Part shown: positions 62,273 to 64,000 of the stretch, in pieces
How positions within the stretch are numbered: position 1 is the first letter of the stretch
Layout: every line of letters begins with the position of its first letter
DNA from: Ascidiella aspersa
Lineage: Eukaryota
Assembly (NCBI GenBank): GCA_963924565.1
Contig: OZ004612.1
Coordinates: 23,870,001 to 23,934,000 of the forward strand
Direction: 5' to 3'
DNA length: 64,000 nt
Notes under the pieces: model-generated
The model's input: the letters and a program-made list of their open reading frames with translations, nothing else
The model's database searches: none
What the model was told of the DNA's origin: nothing
Translations under genes and position numbers: made by a program

Positions 62273-62915
62273 ATCCGAATAAACAAAATCGTGTGAAATA
62301 AAAATTATCAATGATAGATTGTATATAGTTTTAAAACGTCTACAGTTTGTACGATGTTCATTTATTCGGTCTATTTGACTTTGCTAATCAATCTATCTAT
62401 TCTCAATAACCGAGGCGTGAACAATGCGTTGGTGACAAACAGTTTCTTCGAATTGAGTAAATGCCAATTAGGAATGCTATGGAGGCTTGTATACATTAAT
62501 ATCGTTATTGAACCCGACAGTGTCACTATTAATAAAAAGCATTGTACAGAATCACAGTGCCCAATATCAACTCTTGTCAGTTGTTTGACATGGTCGGCAG
62601 ATTTATGGTGTGTTATGTAATACTTGTTATGTAATATAGTGTAATAGCATTGTCTATGTGATGTATTAACTGGCTGTACTGAGTTGTATACTGAGTATAT
62701 TTTAGTGCACTGGTTCCCATCCGGGTTTCTGCCGCACACCGTGATACCAATTCTACAGCTCTAAAATGCCAAAAAATTGTTTCGATCTTTTGGGGTATTT
62801 TTTATTATTGGTAAGCTTTTCAATTGTTTATGTACGATTTAAGTTTTGATTGTTTGTGGGCGATTTGAATTGTTTGTGTACGATTAATGTTCAATACATA
62901 GTTTTTTTCTGATCC

Positions 62916-63245
62916 CATTGTTGCACTGTTTATGTGTGCTGTTCAATTTATGTTTTGGAACAGTAAAATCACTTCTTCTCGTTACACTGTACACAGTCCA
63001 TATGTAATGTTTCAATTTCTTTTTGGAACAGTAAAATAACTTCTTTTTGTTGCACTGTGCACAGTCCATATGTAATGTTTCAATTTATATTTTGGAACAG
63101 TAAAATAACTTATTTTTGGTACACTGTGCACAGTCCATATGTAATGTTTCAATTCATTTTTGGAACAGTAAAATAACTCTTCTTGTTACACTGTGCGCAG
63201 TCCACATGTTCTGTTTCAATCTCCTTTTTTGTAACAGTAAAAAAT
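62916..63245. repeat. Minisatellite, about 69-bp unit, 4-5 copies
   Basis: ttcaatt...ttttggaacagtaaaa...acactgt(a/g)cacagtccatatgtaatg recurs at about 62941, 63009, 63078, 63147 and 63214. Confidence 0.9.
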
Positions 63246-64000
63246 AACTGAGCGAAAGTAAGTCATTGTGACGCAACATAGTTAACTGTAAGTCAAAAAG
63301 GTTTGAAATCATACTATACTAACATGGAGGAACATTTATGGGGGGGAGAAAGCTACGGGTTAGTGGGTTAGGGTGAGGGAAAGGGGGCAGCGCGGGTGGG
63401 GAGTTGTGCGCGCAGTTTTCATCTGGGTGTTGTCAAATTTGTCACGTCCCGAAGATTCGGTTGACCGAACGCACTAGAGTCGTGCTAATTTAGTTTTGCC
63501 AATTCTCGAGAGCTCGGCCTGTGTCCATTTAGGTAACCCGTAATTAAAATACAGTATAAAAGCTACATACAAATATAACTCGTCTCGAAGGCACAAATCA
63601 TTTTTTGTTAATTGTTTCACTGAAGGTAATATTGTGAGTCTATTTAGCATCCAATGAAGAAAACAACAGAGGGTAAGGAACTTTAACGGATTTTTTAATT
63701 CTGAAAAAGAAAACGTTATTTTTTATTTATAAGGCCTTGAAATTTGTTCCTAAATGGTTTAGGCTAATATTGTGTTCTTTTTGTCAGGAAAAAAATAATT
63801 AACAAAATGTAAATTCAGCAGAATACTCTAGTAAATGTAGCATTTCAGGTATATGACACTATTAGAAGATTCTAAAAGATACCTATATATTTCGCTGGCA
63901 AAGGCATCGTCAGAATCTCTTAATTCGAATGAATGAAAATAAGTCAATTAAGTACAAATTTGAGGAAATCTAAACAAAAGTTAGTTGACCCATTTCTGTA

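Noticed and set aside
62354-62739. 122-aa minus and 88-aa plus ORFs
   Set aside because: Non-ATG start for the longer one, AT-driven composition, no homology recognised
31600-64000. TTC6, SLC25A21, PAX1/9 or NKX2 exons expected from synteny
   Set aside because: No TPR, mitochondrial-carrier, paired-box or homeobox peptide recognised in the ORF track or by eye; small exons cannot be fully excluded without BLASTX

Overview
This is eukaryotic, AT-rich, intron-containing genomic DNA, very likely from an ascidian (tunicate), judged from the [17 protein letters not shown]-terminus of its FoxA protein. From left to right: (1) the last five coding exons of an organic solute transporter alpha (SLC51A/OSTalpha-like) gene on + (196-4550); (2) a 14-exon MIPOL1 orthologue on - (6776-19718, about 548 aa), reconstructed by hand with phase-consistent GT-AG introns and mostly missed by the ORF track; (3) a frameshifted P-element/THAP9-type transposase relic just upstream of the MIPOL1 ATG; (4) an intronless-CDS FoxA (HNF3/forkhead) gene on + (29852-31600); (5) more than 32 kb with no recognisable coding gene, in which GC/CpG-rich islands alternate with AT-rich spacers like an enhancer landscape. 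Many short MITEs with 8-bp target-site duplications, several tandem repeats and one tRNA-derived element are scattered through the window. The main highlight is the mipol1-foxA linkage, a remnant of the deuterostome pharyngeal gene cluster. Here the two genes are head-to-head rather than tail-to-tail as in human, and there are hints of spliced non-coding transcription around FoxA. No prokaryote-type system (CRISPR, operon) is present.
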